DNA of 64,000 bases from Mytilus trossulus (taxonomy: Eukaryota). Both the position numbers and the translations under genes were made by a program. The DNA lies in assembly GCF_036588685.1 (NCBI RefSeq), contig NC_086381.1:27652001-27716000 (forward strand). The letters are read 5' to 3'. Under the pieces are notes generated by a model that searched no databases, was not told the DNA's origin, and was given only the letters and a program-made list of their open reading frames with translations. Positions 35,519 through 54,494 of this stretch are shown piece by piece. Every line of letters starts with the position of its first letter. Position 1 is the first letter of the stretch.

Positions 35519-36846
35519 AGTCAACACTACAGAAACTTCACTTACAACGGCCCTTTTCAGGGCCACCAACATTTTTCAAAAAGAATCTGACTTTGTTGTA
35601 CAATTTAGTTGAATGCAGAAAGCAATCTCAAACATAGCTCACTCCCTCCATTTCTCTTGTCTTTATCTCTTTATTTTTCCTTTTCTTTATAAACAGCATA
35701 CAGATGTCTACTTTCTAATTATATATATAACAATATTTGATGTGGAAAAAAAATGAAGAACAGTACGAGTTTCTTTTTTTCCCCTATAAAAGTCCAAGAA
35801 AATAAACGAACTATATAACGTAGATTCGATGAAAATGCGCAAGCACGAGAGGAAGAAAAACTCATAGTTGTTAGTGGTCAATGTTGCATATTTTTTTGGT
35901 GTAAATTAAGTTGCAGTCCTATATATTATACTATATAAGCACACACAATACAATCTATGACCTTATTTTTATATAATATATATTCGTTCGTTCGTTGTCT
36001 GTCTAACTGTGATCTATGTGAATTCTTTTCTTCCTCTTCTGCTGTCACATTCTCTTAGATATATAATATATATTTTGTGTTCCTATACAAAGTACTTATG
36101 CGTATGTTTATAGTTGTGTAGATTATTTTTTAGCTCAAATCCTTTGTATTTGCAAAATTCGTATATAAACAATAAAGAATACTTCAACAATGTGCAAGTT
36201 TCACAGTATGCGTGCAGTATACTATATAGAGAATATCATGGCTTTACATGATACAGAGACTAGAGAATACAGAGACTGTATAGCTAGAGAGAACACAAAG
36301 ACTATAGAGAGGATAAAAAGTGTTCTCTTTGTTTTAAGACACTGAGACGAGTGACAATTGTGTACTATAGTAAGCATGTCTATACGAGAAACTAAGAAAA
36401 CGGCTGCATTTCTATACCACTGGCTATTGATGAAAATGGATGGATGATGTTTTTTTTCTCTTTTTTCTTCTTCTATTTTGCTCTTTAATTTACATTTCCT
36501 GTCAATTATTAATTTCGTGTCAGACTGTTGATTAAACAATTATTTATTATTTGAATAAAGATTATTATTAAGTTCTGCATTACTCTTGATTATTATTTTT
36601 TTTGGTCTTATGTCAAATTTTCGCTGACACTATCAGAATAGAAACAAATTGTGCCAATTGTTAGCTTGGGGTGAACAATCATAGCTTCAGTCCAAAAAGG
36701 GATCGAAAGCTGTGAAAGTAACTTCCAGATCAGTCCAATCATAACACAGAGATTTCAACCAATCAACGTGAGTTTTATTACCCCGAAAGGCCAATCAGTG
36801 TCGTGTTTGCAAACATTGCGGCTAGCACAAATACACTAACATTTGA

Positions 36847-37311
<465 letters not shown>

Positions 37312-38947
37312 ACTGACCTTTACTCTATACAATAACGGCCCTTTTAAGGGCCACCAATATTTTCCAAAAAGAGTCTGAATATGTTGTACATCAAAATCAA
37401 ATATAGCTGAAACCCCCTCTCCACATCTTTCTTTATTCTTCTTTCTCTCCACATCTCTCTTTATTCTTCTTTCTTATTATCTTTTTTTTTTGCACTCACT
37501 TAAGATTAGACAAGTCGGGTTACTGTATTGATAGAAGAAAAATATAGAGAAACTTATTTCATAACATGCAAAGAAGAGAAATAAAAGGATAAATAGAGAT
37601 AGAGAGACATACATATTTTTTATTTATCTAATTCTTCCAAATCCTTCGGAAAAAACAAGAATGTTATACATTTTCTGGTATACCCTCCTGAAAAAATTAA
37701 CATACATGTATACATTTAAATAAAAAAAAGGTAAGAAAAAACATACTCCAAGAACAATACAATCCATCTTCTAATTACAGAATTATTAAAATGTATTTCT
37801 TTCTAATTTCTGTGGTTATATTTTTCTCTAAATTGCATTTTTCTCGGTCTTATTTTCTCACTTATTTTTTAGATGCTTTTTTTATGTATTTTTTACTCAT
37901 ATTGTGTATTCTACTGTGACAACATGAGAAGAATCAATTATTTTATATTTCTGAAATATATTTTCGGTACGGGTCCAAGTAGTCCACCTTAAATTCTCAT
38001 TGAAAACTTTGTCTCCATCAATTGTGTGTTACAGAAAGAAGTTTTTCTTGAATACCTTTATTTTGTGCTTAAAATGCATCTATTTTGGGTGCTCTATGTG
38101 CCTTATAAATGATGTGAACATGTGTGCGGATGAATCTTTTTTTCCCATTGGTGGAGAAAAATAGACAAGGCGCAATAATTCATTCATTCAATGATGTACC
38201 AATTGTGGTATTTAAAAAGTGAGGCTGCACTGTGTACATTTCAAAAACCTATGACTACATGTATAAAGTAGCTGCTAAATTTAGAAAGATTCCTAATTAG
38301 TTGTTAAAAGATGAGCATTGATTGTATACATGTAATAATAACATGTTTGAAATGTGAATTTCCCGGGACATCTTTATTGAAACTGGTAAAGGTGATTTTG
38401 AGAAAAATTATCATGCACACCTGTTTTTATTTACAAATCTATCTGTCCATGCTTAAATAACTGACTGGTATGCTGTAGTTTAGTTTTTACTCTTTTACTC
38501 TCTTAAGTCTGCAGAGTGGACTATCTCTGAAACTGTATCTTTTGAACAAGAAAAATACTGTATAAAAAGATTTTCTTTAAACTAATTGTTTTTATATTGC
38601 AATTGCACATTGTTAACTCCTGCTTATGTATGCAGTGTGATATGTTCTTGTATTTTAAGTAAAAGGAAATAAATCTCTTTCACATTGGAAAATATAAGAA
38701 GTATTAATTGATGATGGAGATCATTAGTTATTTGGTCCATCTCTTATAATCTTTGTATTTTTATTTGTATACAGTTTGAAATATTTTATTTTCATATATT
38801 TTCAGAGCTTCAGTCAAAAAGTGGATTGAAAGTGTACAGAATTCCTACAGAGTTACCTCCCGGATTTAGACGAAAACAACCAATCAGGTCCAACCTATCA
38901 AAAATTCAGTGGTATTTCTTTTAGGGCCGCGTTCATCAGATATATAG

Positions 38948-39313
<366 letters not shown>

Positions 39314-40076
39314 ACAGCCAGCTGAAAAATACAAATACAACGGCCCTTTTCAGGGCCACCAACATATTTCAAAAAGAATCTGCCTTTGTTGTACTTAAAA
39401 TGAAAACCATAGCTTTCTCCTGTCCAACTTTCTTTACTTTCCTTTTTCTTTTATTCGTTTATTTTTTTTAATTTCTTTTCACTTTTTTTATTTAAGCCTA
39501 TTAAAAAAAGACCAGCAAGACTTTGGATACAATATGATTCCTGATTTTTTTAATGTAAATAAAATTATTCTTTATTTCATATATATTCTTTTATGTAAAA
39601 GATATATTGCTGAATTTTTCTCCATTGTCAAACTCTAGTTATATTGTTTTTATATCCTAAAACAATCCCCCTCCCCCTTTTTTCTCTCTGTCGACGTATG
39701 TGTGAATTTAATCTGTTCGTGATATTTTTTTATATAATGTTTCAATACATATTCAAGTATAGTTCGATTCTAGACCCCCTCCCCCCCCCAAAAAAAAGAG
39801 GGAAGAAATGTATAACCCGTGAAAAGGTTAAATTCTGGTGTATGTATATTTTTTCAAATCGGCTAATAAAATGAAGAATAAAGAAGAGAAAAAAAGAAAG
39901 AAAGAAAGAAAGAAAGAAAGACAAAAAGACAGAATTCAGATATAAACAAATTTGTCATTTTGGGGTGGGACACAGCTTCATTTAGAAGTTTGTTATGTAC
40001 AACAATAATAAGACTCTTTTTGAAAAATATTGGTGGCCCTGAAAAGGGCCGTTTGTGAAGTTAAACTTCTCGTTGT

Positions 40077-40451
40077 TTACTTGCTGCTGGTGTACTTTGT
40101 GACGGCTTTGGTACCTTCACTGACAGCGTGCTTGGCCAATTCACCGGGTAAGAGCAGACGAACTGCAGTCTGGATCTCCCGAGATGTGATGGTAGATCTC
40201 TTGTTGTAGTGAGCGAGACGGGAAGCTTCTGCAGCGATTCTCTCAAAGATATCGTTGACAAAACTGTTCATGATAGACATAGCCTTTGAGGATACTCCAG
40301 TGTCTGGGTGAACCTGTCTCAAGACTTTGTAGATGTAGATGGCATAGGATTCTCTCCTCTTCCTCCTCCTTTTCTTGTCACCGCCGGGTCTGGCAGTCTT
40401 TGCCTTTGTTACGGCCTTTTTGGCTCCTTTGGTTCCAACTTTTGGTGGCAT
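40077..40451 (-). CDS. H2B: Histone H2B
   Basis: Identical protein copy. Confidence 0.99.
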   Translation of the reverse strand: MPPKVGTKGAKKAVTKAKTARPGGDKKRRRKRRESYAIYIYKVLRQVHPDTGVSSKAMSIMNSFVNDIFERIAAEASRLAHYNKRSTITSREIQTAVRLLLPGELAKHAVSEGTKAVTKYTSSK

Positions 40452-40729
40452 TTTGAAAGATGTATACTCTCTGAAATGTAATCAGTGAATGATGGCCGTT
40501 AATAAAAATTTCTATTTATACTCGGCTAAACGGATTGAAAGTTTTTACTTAACGCGAACTTCGGAGAGAGCACCCTTCTAACATTCAACCCTAACTACCT
40601 GGAAGAAGCGATGATTTGATTGGTTTAGAACTGAAACATCTTTCAATCCGTTTTGCGGGTATAAATAGTAAAATACCACCTAACTGGATAATCATTGTTT
40701 ATACTTGTTCAAGTCAAACAACGTATTAA

Positions 40730-41113
<384 letters not shown>

Positions 41114-41912
41114 AGTCAACACTACAGAAACTTCACTTACAACGGCCCTTTTCAGGGCCACCAACATTTTTCAAAAAGAATCTGACTTTGTTGTACAATT
41201 TAGTTGAATGCAGAAAGCAATCTCAAACATAGCTCACTCCCTCCATTTCTCTTGTCTTTATCTCTTTATTTTTCCTTTTCTTTATAAACAGCATACAGAT
41301 GTCTACTTTCTAATTATATATATAACAATATTTGATGTGGAAAAAAAATGAAGAACAGTACGAGTTTCTTTTTTTCCCCTATAAAAGTCCAAGAAAATAA
41401 ACGAACTATATAACGTAGATTCGATGAAAATGCGCAAGCACGAGAGGAAGAAAAACTCATAGTTGTTAGTGGTCAATGTTGCATATTTTTTTGGTGTAAA
41501 TTAAGTTGCAGTCCTATATATTATACTATATAAGCACACACAATACAATCTATGACCTTATTTTTATATAATATATATTCGTTCGTTCGTTGTCTGTCTA
41601 ACTGTGATCTATGTGAATTCTTTTCTTCCTCTTCTGCTGTCACATTCTCTTAGATATATAATATATATTTTGTGTTCCTATACAAAGTACTTATGCGTAT
41701 GTTTATAGTTGTGTAGATTATTTTTTAGCTCAAATCCTTTGTATTTGCAAAATTCGTATATAAACAATAAAGAATACTTCAACAATGTGCAAGTTTCACA
41801 GTATGCGTGCAGTATACTATATAGAGAATATCATGGCTTTACATGATACAGAGACTAGAGAATACAGAGACTGTATAGCTAGAGAGAACACAAAGACTAT
41901 AGAGAGGATAAA

Positions 41913-42012
41913 NNNNNNNNNNNNNNNNNNNNNNNNNNNNNNNNNNNNNNNNNNNNNNNNNNNNNNNNNNNNNNNNNNNNNNNNNNNNNNNNNNNNNNNN
42001 NNNNNNNNNNNN
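41913..42012. other. Assembly gap (100 N, placeholder of unknown size)
   Basis: Run of exactly 100 N; array orientation flips back across it. Confidence 0.99.
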
Positions 42013-42839
42013 AAGATTCATCCGCACACATGTTCACATCATTTATAAGGCACATAGAGCACCCAAAATAGATGCATTTTAAGCACAAAATAAAGGTATT
42101 CAAGAAAAACTTCTTTCTGTAACACACAATTGATGGAGACAAAGTTTTCAATGAGAATTTAAGGTGGACTACTTGGACCCGTACCGAAAATATATTTCAG
42201 AAATATAAAATAATTGATTCTTCTCATGTTGTCACAGTAGAATACACAATATGAGTAAAAAATACATAAAAAAAGCATCTAAAAAATAAGTGAGAAAATA
42301 AGACCGAGAAAAATGCAATTTAGAGAAAAATATAACCACAGAAATTAGAAAGAAATACATTTTAATAATTCTGTAATTAGAAGATGGATTGTATTGTTCT
42401 TGGAGTATGTTTTTTCTTACCTTTTTTTTATTTAAATGTATACATGTATGTTAATTTTTTCAGGAGGGTATACCAGAAAATGTATAACATTCTTGTTTTT
42501 TCCGAAGGATTTGGAAGAATTAGATAAATAAAAAATATGTATGTCTCTCTATCTCTATTTATCCTTTTATTTCTCTTCTTTGCATGTTATGAAATAAGTT
42601 TCTCTATATTTTTCTTCTATCAATACAGTAACCCGACTTGTCTAATCTTAAGTGAGTGCAAAAAAAAAAGATAATAAGAAAGAAGAATAAAGAGAGATGT
42701 GGAGAGAAAGAAGAATAAAGAAAGATGTGGAGAGGGGGTTTCAGCTATATTTGATTTTGATGTACAACATATTCAGACTCTTTTTGGAAAATATTGGTGG
42801 CCCTTAAAAGGGCCGTTATTGTATAGAGTAAAGGTCAGT

Positions 42840-43304
<465 letters not shown>

Positions 43305-44632
43305 TCAAATGTTAGTGTATTTGTGCTAGCCGCAATGTTTGCAAACACGACACTGATTGGCCTTTCGGGGTAATAAAACTCACGTTGATTGGTTGAAATC
43401 TCTGTGTTATGATTGGACTGATCTGGAAGTTACTTTCACAGCTTTCGATCCCTTTTTGGACTGAAGCTATGATTGTTCACCCCAAGCTAACAATTGGCAC
43501 AATTTGTTTCTATTCTGATAGTGTCAGCGAAAATTTGACATAAGACCAAAAAAAATAATAATCAAGAGTAATGCAGAACTTAATAATAATCTTTATTCAA
43601 ATAATAAATAATTGTTTAATCAACAGTCTGACACGAAATTAATAATTGACAGGAAATGTAAATTAAAGAGCAAAATAGAAGAAGAAAAAAGAGAAAAAAA
43701 ACATCATCCATCCATTTTCATCAATAGCCAGTGGTATAGAAATGCAGCCGTTTTCTTAGTTTCTCGTATAGACATGCTTACTATAGTACACAATTGTCAC
43801 TCGTCTCAGTGTCTTAAAACAAAGAGAACACTTTTTATCCTCTCTATAGTCTTTGTGTTCTCTCTAGCTATACAGTCTCTGTATTCTCTAGTCTCTGTAT
43901 CATGTAAAGCCATGATATTCTCTATATAGTATACTGCACGCATACTGTGAAACTTGCACATTGTTGAAGTATTCTTTATTGTTTATATACGAATTTTGCA
44001 AATACAAAGGATTTGAGCTAAAAAATAATCTACACAACTATAAACATACGCATAAGTACTTTGTATAGGAACACAAAATATATATTATATATCTAAGAGA
44101 ATGTGACAGCAGAAGAGGAAGAAAAGAATTCACATAGATCACAGTTAGACAGACAACGAACGAACGAATATATATTATATAAAAATAAGGTCATAGATTG
44201 TATTGTGTGTGCTTATATAGTATAATATATAGGACTGCAACTTAATTTACACCAAAAAAATATGCAACATTGACCACTAACAACTATGAGTTTTTCTTCC
44301 TCTCGTGCTTGCGCATTTTCATCGAATCTACGTTATATAGTTCGTTTATTTTCTTGGACTTTTATAGGGGAAAAAAAGAAACTCGTACTGTTCTTCATTT
44401 TTTTTCCACATCAAATATTGTTATATATATAATTAGAAAGTAGACATCTGTATGCTGTTTATAAAGAAAAGGAAAAATAAAGAGATAAAGACAAGAGAAA
44501 TGGAGGGAGTGAGCTATGTTTGAGATTGCTTTCTGCATTCAACTAAATTGTACAACAAAGTCAGATTCTTTTTGAAAAATGTTGGTGGCCCTGAAAAGGG
44601 CCGTTGTAAGTGAAGTTTCTGTAGTGTTGACT

Positions 44633-45016
<384 letters not shown>

Positions 45017-45294
45017 TTAATACGTTGTTTGACTTGAACAAGTATAAACAATGATTATCCAGTTAGGTGGTATTTTACTATTTATACCCGCAAAACGGAT
45101 TGAAAGATGTTTCAGTTCTAAACCAATCAAATCATCGCTTCTTCCAGGTAGTTAGGGTTGAATGTTAGAAGGGTGCTCTCTCCGAAGTTCGCGTTAAGTA
45201 AAAACTTTCAATCCGTTTAGCCGAGTATAAATAGAAATTTTTATTAACGGCCATCATTCACTGATTACATTTCAGAGAGTATACATCTTTCAAA

Positions 45295-45669
45295 ATGCCA
45301 CCAAAAGTTGGAACCAAAGGAGCCAAAAAGGCCGTAACAAAGGCAAAGACTGCCAGACCCGGCGGTGACAAGAAAAGGAGGAGGAAGAGGAGAGAATCCT
45401 ATGCCATCTACATCTACAAAGTCTTGAGACAGGTTCACCCAGACACTGGAGTATCCTCAAAGGCTATGTCTATCATGAACAGTTTTGTCAACGATATCTT
45501 TGAGAGAATCGCTGCAGAAGCTTCCCGTCTCGCTCACTACAACAAGAGATCTACCATCACATCTCGGGAGATCCAGACTGCAGTTCGTCTGCTCTTACCC
45601 GGTGAATTGGCCAAGCACGCTGTCAGTGAAGGTACCAAAGCCGTCACAAAGTACACCAGCAGCAAGTAA
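45295..45669 (+). CDS. H2B: Histone H2B
   Basis: Identical protein copy. Confidence 0.99.
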   Translation: MPPKVGTKGAKKAVTKAKTARPGGDKKRRRKRRESYAIYIYKVLRQVHPDTGVSSKAMSIMNSFVNDIFERIAAEASRLAHYNKRSTITSREIQTAVRLLLPGELAKHAVSEGTKAVTKYTSSK

Positions 45670-46432
45670 ACAACGAGAAGTTTAACTTCACAAACGGCCC
45701 TTTTCAGGGCCACCAATATTTTTCAAAAAGAGTCTTATTATTGTTGTACATAACAAACTTCTAAATGAAGCTGTGTCCCACCCCAAAATGACAAATTTGT
45801 TTATATCTGAATTCTGTCTTTTTGTCTTTCTTTCTTTCTTTCTTTCTTTCTTTTTTTCTCTTCTTTATTCTTCATTTTATTAGCCGATTTGAAAAAATAT
45901 ACATACACCAGAATTTAACCTTTTCACGGGTTATACATTTCTTCCCTCTTTTTTTTGGGGGGGGGAGGGGGTCTAGAATCGAACTATACTTGAATATGTA
46001 TTGAAACATTATATAAAAAAATATCACGAACAGATTAAATTCACACATACGTCGACAGAGAGAAAAAAGGGGGAGGGGGATTGTTTTAGGATATAAAAAC
46101 AATATAACTAGAGTTTGACAATGGAGAAAAATTCAGCAATATATCTTTTACATAAAAGAATATATATGAAATAAAGAATAATTTTATTTACATTAAAAAA
46201 ATCAGGAATCATATTGTATCCAAAGTCTTGCTGGTCTTTTTTTAATAGGCTTAAATAAAAAAAGTGAAAAGAAATTAAAAAAAATAAACGAATAAAAGAA
46301 AAAGGAAAGTAAAGAAAGTTGGACAGGAGAAAGCTATGGTTTTCATTTTAAGTACAACAAAGGCAGATTCTTTTTGAAATATGTTGGTGGCCCTGAAAAG
46401 GGCCGTTGTATTTGTATTTTTCAGCTGGCTGT

Positions 46433-46798
<366 letters not shown>

Positions 46799-48434
46799 CT
46801 ATATATCTGATGAACGCGGCCCTAAAAGAAATACCACTGAATTTTTGATAGGTTGGACCTGATTGGTTGTTTTCGTCTAAATCCGGGAGGTAACTCTGTA
46901 GGAATTCTGTACACTTTCAATCCACTTTTTGACTGAAGCTCTGAAAATATATGAAAATAAAATATTTCAAACTGTATACAAATAAAAATACAAAGATTAT
47001 AAGAGATGGACCAAATAACTAATGATCTCCATCATCAATTAATACTTCTTATATTTTCCAATGTGAAAGAGATTTATTTCCTTTTACTTAAAATACAAGA
47101 ACATATCACACTGCATACATAAGCAGGAGTTAACAATGTGCAATTGCAATATAAAAACAATTAGTTTAAAGAAAATCTTTTTATACAGTATTTTTCTTGT
47201 TCAAAAGATACAGTTTCAGAGATAGTCCACTCTGCAGACTTAAGAGAGTAAAAGAGTAAAAACTAAACTACAGCATACCAGTCAGTTATTTAAGCATGGA
47301 CAGATAGATTTGTAAATAAAAACAGGTGTGCATGATAATTTTTCTCAAAATCACCTTTACCAGTTTCAATAAAGATGTCCCGGGAAATTCACATTTCAAA
47401 CATGTTATTATTACATGTATACAATCAATGCTCATCTTTTAACAACTAATTAGGAATCTTTCTAAATTTAGCAGCTACTTTATACATGTAGTCATAGGTT
47501 TTTGAAATGTACACAGTGCAGCCTCACTTTTTAAATACCACAATTGGTACATCATTGAATGAATGAATTATTGCGCCTTGTCTATTTTTCTCCACCAATG
47601 GGAAAAAAAGATTCATCCGCACACATGTTCACATCATTTATAAGGCACATAGAGCACCCAAAATAGATGCATTTTAAGCACAAAATAAAGGTATTCAAGA
47701 AAAACTTCTTTCTGTAACACACAATTGATGGAGACAAAGTTTTCAATGAGAATTTAAGGTGGACTACTTGGACCCGTACCGAAAATATATTTCAGAAATA
47801 TAAAATAATTGATTCTTCTCATGTTGTCACAGTAGAATACACAATATGAGTAAAAAATACATAAAAAAAGCATCTAAAAAATAAGTGAGAAAATAAGACC
47901 GAGAAAAATGCAATTTAGAGAAAAATATAACCACAGAAATTAGAAAGAAATACATTTTAATAATTCTGTAATTAGAAGATGGATTGTATTGTTCTTGGAG
48001 TATGTTTTTTCTTACCTTTTTTTTATTTAAATGTATACATGTATGTTAATTTTTTCAGGAGGGTATACCAGAAAATGTATAACATTCTTGTTTTTTCCGA
48101 AGGATTTGGAAGAATTAGATAAATAAAAAATATGTATGTCTCTCTATCTCTATTTATCCTTTTATTTCTCTTCTTTGCATGTTATGAAATAAGTTTCTCT
48201 ATATTTTTCTTCTATCAATACAGTAACCCGACTTGTCTAATCTTAAGTGAGTGCAAAAAAAAAAGATAATAAGAAAGAAGAATAAAGAGAGATGTGGAGA
48301 GAAAGAAGAATAAAGAAAGATGTGGAGAGGGGGTTTCAGCTATATTTGATTTTGATGTACAACATATTCAGACTCTTTTTGGAAAATATTGGTGGCCCTT
48401 AAAAGGGCCGTTATTGTATAGAGTAAAGGTCAGT

Positions 48435-48899
<465 letters not shown>

Positions 48900-50227
48900 T
48901 CAAATGTTAGTGTATTTGTGCTAGCCGCAATGTTTGCAAACACGACACTGATTGGCCTTTCGGGGTAATAAAACTCACGTTGATTGGTTGAAATCTCTGT
49001 GTTATGATTGGACTGATCTGGAAGTTACTTTCACAGCTTTCGATCCCTTTTTGGACTGAAGCTATGATTGTTCACCCCAAGCTAACAATTGGCACAATTT
49101 GTTTCTATTCTGATAGTGTCAGCGAAAATTTGACATAAGACCAAAAAAAATAATAATCAAGAGTAATGCAGAACTTAATAATAATCTTTATTCAAATAAT
49201 AAATAATTGTTTAATCAACAGTCTGACACGAAATTAATAATTGACAGGAAATGTAAATTAAAGAGCAAAATAGAAGAAGAAAAAAGAGAAAAAAAACATC
49301 ATCCATCCATTTTCATCAATAGCCAGTGGTATAGAAATGCAGCCGTTTTCTTAGTTTCTCGTATAGACATGCTTACTATAGTACACAATTGTCACTCGTC
49401 TCAGTGTCTTAAAACAAAGAGAACACTTTTTATCCTCTCTATAGTCTTTGTGTTCTCTCTAGCTATACAGTCTCTGTATTCTCTAGTCTCTGTATCATGT
49501 AAAGCCATGATATTCTCTATATAGTATACTGCACGCATACTGTGAAACTTGCACATTGTTGAAGTATTCTTTATTGTTTATATACGAATTTTGCAAATAC
49601 AAAGGATTTGAGCTAAAAAATAATCTACACAACTATAAACATACGCATAAGTACTTTGTATAGGAACACAAAATATATATTATATATCTAAGAGAATGTG
49701 ACAGCAGAAGAGGAAGAAAAGAATTCACATAGATCACAGTTAGACAGACAACGAACGAACGAATATATATTATATAAAAATAAGGTCATAGATTGTATTG
49801 TGTGTGCTTATATAGTATAATATATAGGACTGCAACTTAATTTACACCAAAAAAATATGCAACATTGACCACTAACAACTATGAGTTTTTCTTCCTCTCG
49901 TGCTTGCGCATTTTCATCGAATCTACGTTATATAGTTCGTTTATTTTCTTGGACTTTTATAGGGGAAAAAAAGAAACTCGTACTGTTCTTCATTTTTTTT
50001 CCACATCAAATATTGTTATATATATAATTAGAAAGTAGACATCTGTATGCTGTTTATAAAGAAAAGGAAAAATAAAGAGATAAAGACAAGAGAAATGGAG
50101 GGAGTGAGCTATGTTTGAGATTGCTTTCTGCATTCAACTAAATTGTACAACAAAGTCAGATTCTTTTTGAAAAATGTTGGTGGCCCTGAAAAGGGCCGTT
50201 GTAAGTGAAGTTTCTGTAGTGTTGACT

Positions 50228-50611
<384 letters not shown>

Positions 50612-50889
50612 TTAATACGTTGTTTGACTTGAACAAGTATAAACAATGATTATCCAGTTAGGTGGTATTTTACTATTTATACCCGCAAAACGGATTGAAA
50701 GATGTTTCAGTTCTAAACCAATCAAATCATCGCTTCTTCCAGGTAGTTAGGGTTGAATGTTAGAAGGGTGCTCTCTCCGAAGTTCGCGTTAAGTAAAAAC
50801 TTTCAATCCGTTTAGCCGAGTATAAATAGAAATTTTTATTAACGGCCATCATTCACTGATTACATTTCAGAGAGTATACATCTTTCAAA

Positions 50890-51264
50890 ATGCCACCAAA
50901 AGTTGGAACCAAAGGAGCCAAAAAGGCCGTAACAAAGGCAAAGACTGCCAGACCCGGCGGTGACAAGAAAAGGAGGAGGAAGAGGAGAGAATCCTATGCC
51001 ATCTACATCTACAAAGTCTTGAGACAGGTTCACCCAGACACTGGAGTATCCTCAAAGGCTATGTCTATCATGAACAGTTTTGTCAACGATATCTTTGAGA
51101 GAATCGCTGCAGAAGCTTCCCGTCTCGCTCACTACAACAAGAGATCTACCATCACATCTCGGGAGATCCAGACTGCAGTTCGTCTGCTCTTACCCGGTGA
51201 ATTGGCCAAGCACGCTGTCAGTGAAGGTACCAAAGCCGTCACAAAGTACACCAGCAGCAAGTAA
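50890..51264 (+). CDS. H2B: Histone H2B
   Basis: Identical protein copy. Confidence 0.99.
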   Translation: MPPKVGTKGAKKAVTKAKTARPGGDKKRRRKRRESYAIYIYKVLRQVHPDTGVSSKAMSIMNSFVNDIFERIAAEASRLAHYNKRSTITSREIQTAVRLLLPGELAKHAVSEGTKAVTKYTSSK

Positions 51265-52027
51265 ACAACGAGAAGTTTAACTTCACAAACGGCCCTTTTC
51301 AGGGCCACCAATATTTTTCAAAAAGAGTCTTATTATTGTTGTACATAACAAACTTCTAAATGAAGCTGTGTCCCACCCCAAAATGACAAATTTGTTTATA
51401 TCTGAATTCTGTCTTTTTGTCTTTCTTTCTTTCTTTCTTTCTTTCTTTTTTTCTCTTCTTTATTCTTCATTTTATTAGCCGATTTGAAAAAATATACATA
51501 CACCAGAATTTAACCTTTTCACGGGTTATACATTTCTTCCCTCTTTTTTTTGGGGGGGGGAGGGGGTCTAGAATCGAACTATACTTGAATATGTATTGAA
51601 ACATTATATAAAAAAATATCACGAACAGATTAAATTCACACATACGTCGACAGAGAGAAAAAAGGGGGAGGGGGATTGTTTTAGGATATAAAAACAATAT
51701 AACTAGAGTTTGACAATGGAGAAAAATTCAGCAATATATCTTTTACATAAAAGAATATATATGAAATAAAGAATAATTTTATTTACATTAAAAAAATCAG
51801 GAATCATATTGTATCCAAAGTCTTGCTGGTCTTTTTTTAATAGGCTTAAATAAAAAAAGTGAAAAGAAATTAAAAAAAATAAACGAATAAAAGAAAAAGG
51901 AAAGTAAAGAAAGTTGGACAGGAGAAAGCTATGGTTTTCATTTTAAGTACAACAAAGGCAGATTCTTTTTGAAATATGTTGGTGGCCCTGAAAAGGGCCG
52001 TTGTATTTGTATTTTTCAGCTGGCTGT

Positions 52028-52393
<366 letters not shown>

Positions 52394-54029
52394 CTATATA
52401 TCTGATGAACGCGGCCCTAAAAGAAATACCACTGAATTTTTGATAGGTTGGACCTGATTGGTTGTTTTCGTCTAAATCCGGGAGGTAACTCTGTAGGAAT
52501 TCTGTACACTTTCAATCCACTTTTTGACTGAAGCTCTGAAAATATATGAAAATAAAATATTTCAAACTGTATACAAATAAAAATACAAAGATTATAAGAG
52601 ATGGACCAAATAACTAATGATCTCCATCATCAATTAATACTTCTTATATTTTCCAATGTGAAAGAGATTTATTTCCTTTTACTTAAAATACAAGAACATA
52701 TCACACTGCATACATAAGCAGGAGTTAACAATGTGCAATTGCAATATAAAAACAATTAGTTTAAAGAAAATCTTTTTATACAGTATTTTTCTTGTTCAAA
52801 AGATACAGTTTCAGAGATAGTCCACTCTGCAGACTTAAGAGAGTAAAAGAGTAAAAACTAAACTACAGCATACCAGTCAGTTATTTAAGCATGGACAGAT
52901 AGATTTGTAAATAAAAACAGGTGTGCATGATAATTTTTCTCAAAATCACCTTTACCAGTTTCAATAAAGATGTCCCGGGAAATTCACATTTCAAACATGT
53001 TATTATTACATGTATACAATCAATGCTCATCTTTTAACAACTAATTAGGAATCTTTCTAAATTTAGCAGCTACTTTATACATGTAGTCATAGGTTTTTGA
53101 AATGTACACAGTGCAGCCTCACTTTTTAAATACCACAATTGGTACATCATTGAATGAATGAATTATTGCGCCTTGTCTATTTTTCTCCACCAATGGGAAA
53201 AAAAGATTCATCCGCACACATGTTCACATCATTTATAAGGCACATAGAGCACCCAAAATAGATGCATTTTAAGCACAAAATAAAGGTATTCAAGAAAAAC
53301 TTCTTTCTGTAACACACAATTGATGGAGACAAAGTTTTCAATGAGAATTTAAGGTGGACTACTTGGACCCGTACCGAAAATATATTTCAGAAATATAAAA
53401 TAATTGATTCTTCTCATGTTGTCACAGTAGAATACACAATATGAGTAAAAAATACATAAAAAAAGCATCTAAAAAATAAGTGAGAAAATAAGACCGAGAA
53501 AAATGCAATTTAGAGAAAAATATAACCACAGAAATTAGAAAGAAATACATTTTAATAATTCTGTAATTAGAAGATGGATTGTATTGTTCTTGGAGTATGT
53601 TTTTTCTTACCTTTTTTTTATTTAAATGTATACATGTATGTTAATTTTTTCAGGAGGGTATACCAGAAAATGTATAACATTCTTGTTTTTTCCGAAGGAT
53701 TTGGAAGAATTAGATAAATAAAAAATATGTATGTCTCTCTATCTCTATTTATCCTTTTATTTCTCTTCTTTGCATGTTATGAAATAAGTTTCTCTATATT
53801 TTTCTTCTATCAATACAGTAACCCGACTTGTCTAATCTTAAGTGAGTGCAAAAAAAAAAGATAATAAGAAAGAAGAATAAAGAGAGATGTGGAGAGAAAG
53901 AAGAATAAAGAAAGATGTGGAGAGGGGGTTTCAGCTATATTTGATTTTGATGTACAACATATTCAGACTCTTTTTGGAAAATATTGGTGGCCCTTAAAAG
54001 GGCCGTTATTGTATAGAGTAAAGGTCAGT

Positions 54030-54494
<465 letters not shown>

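Noticed and set aside
41785-42151. ORFs spanning the N gaps (also 17216-17494)
   Set aside because: Artefacts of translating through N runs.
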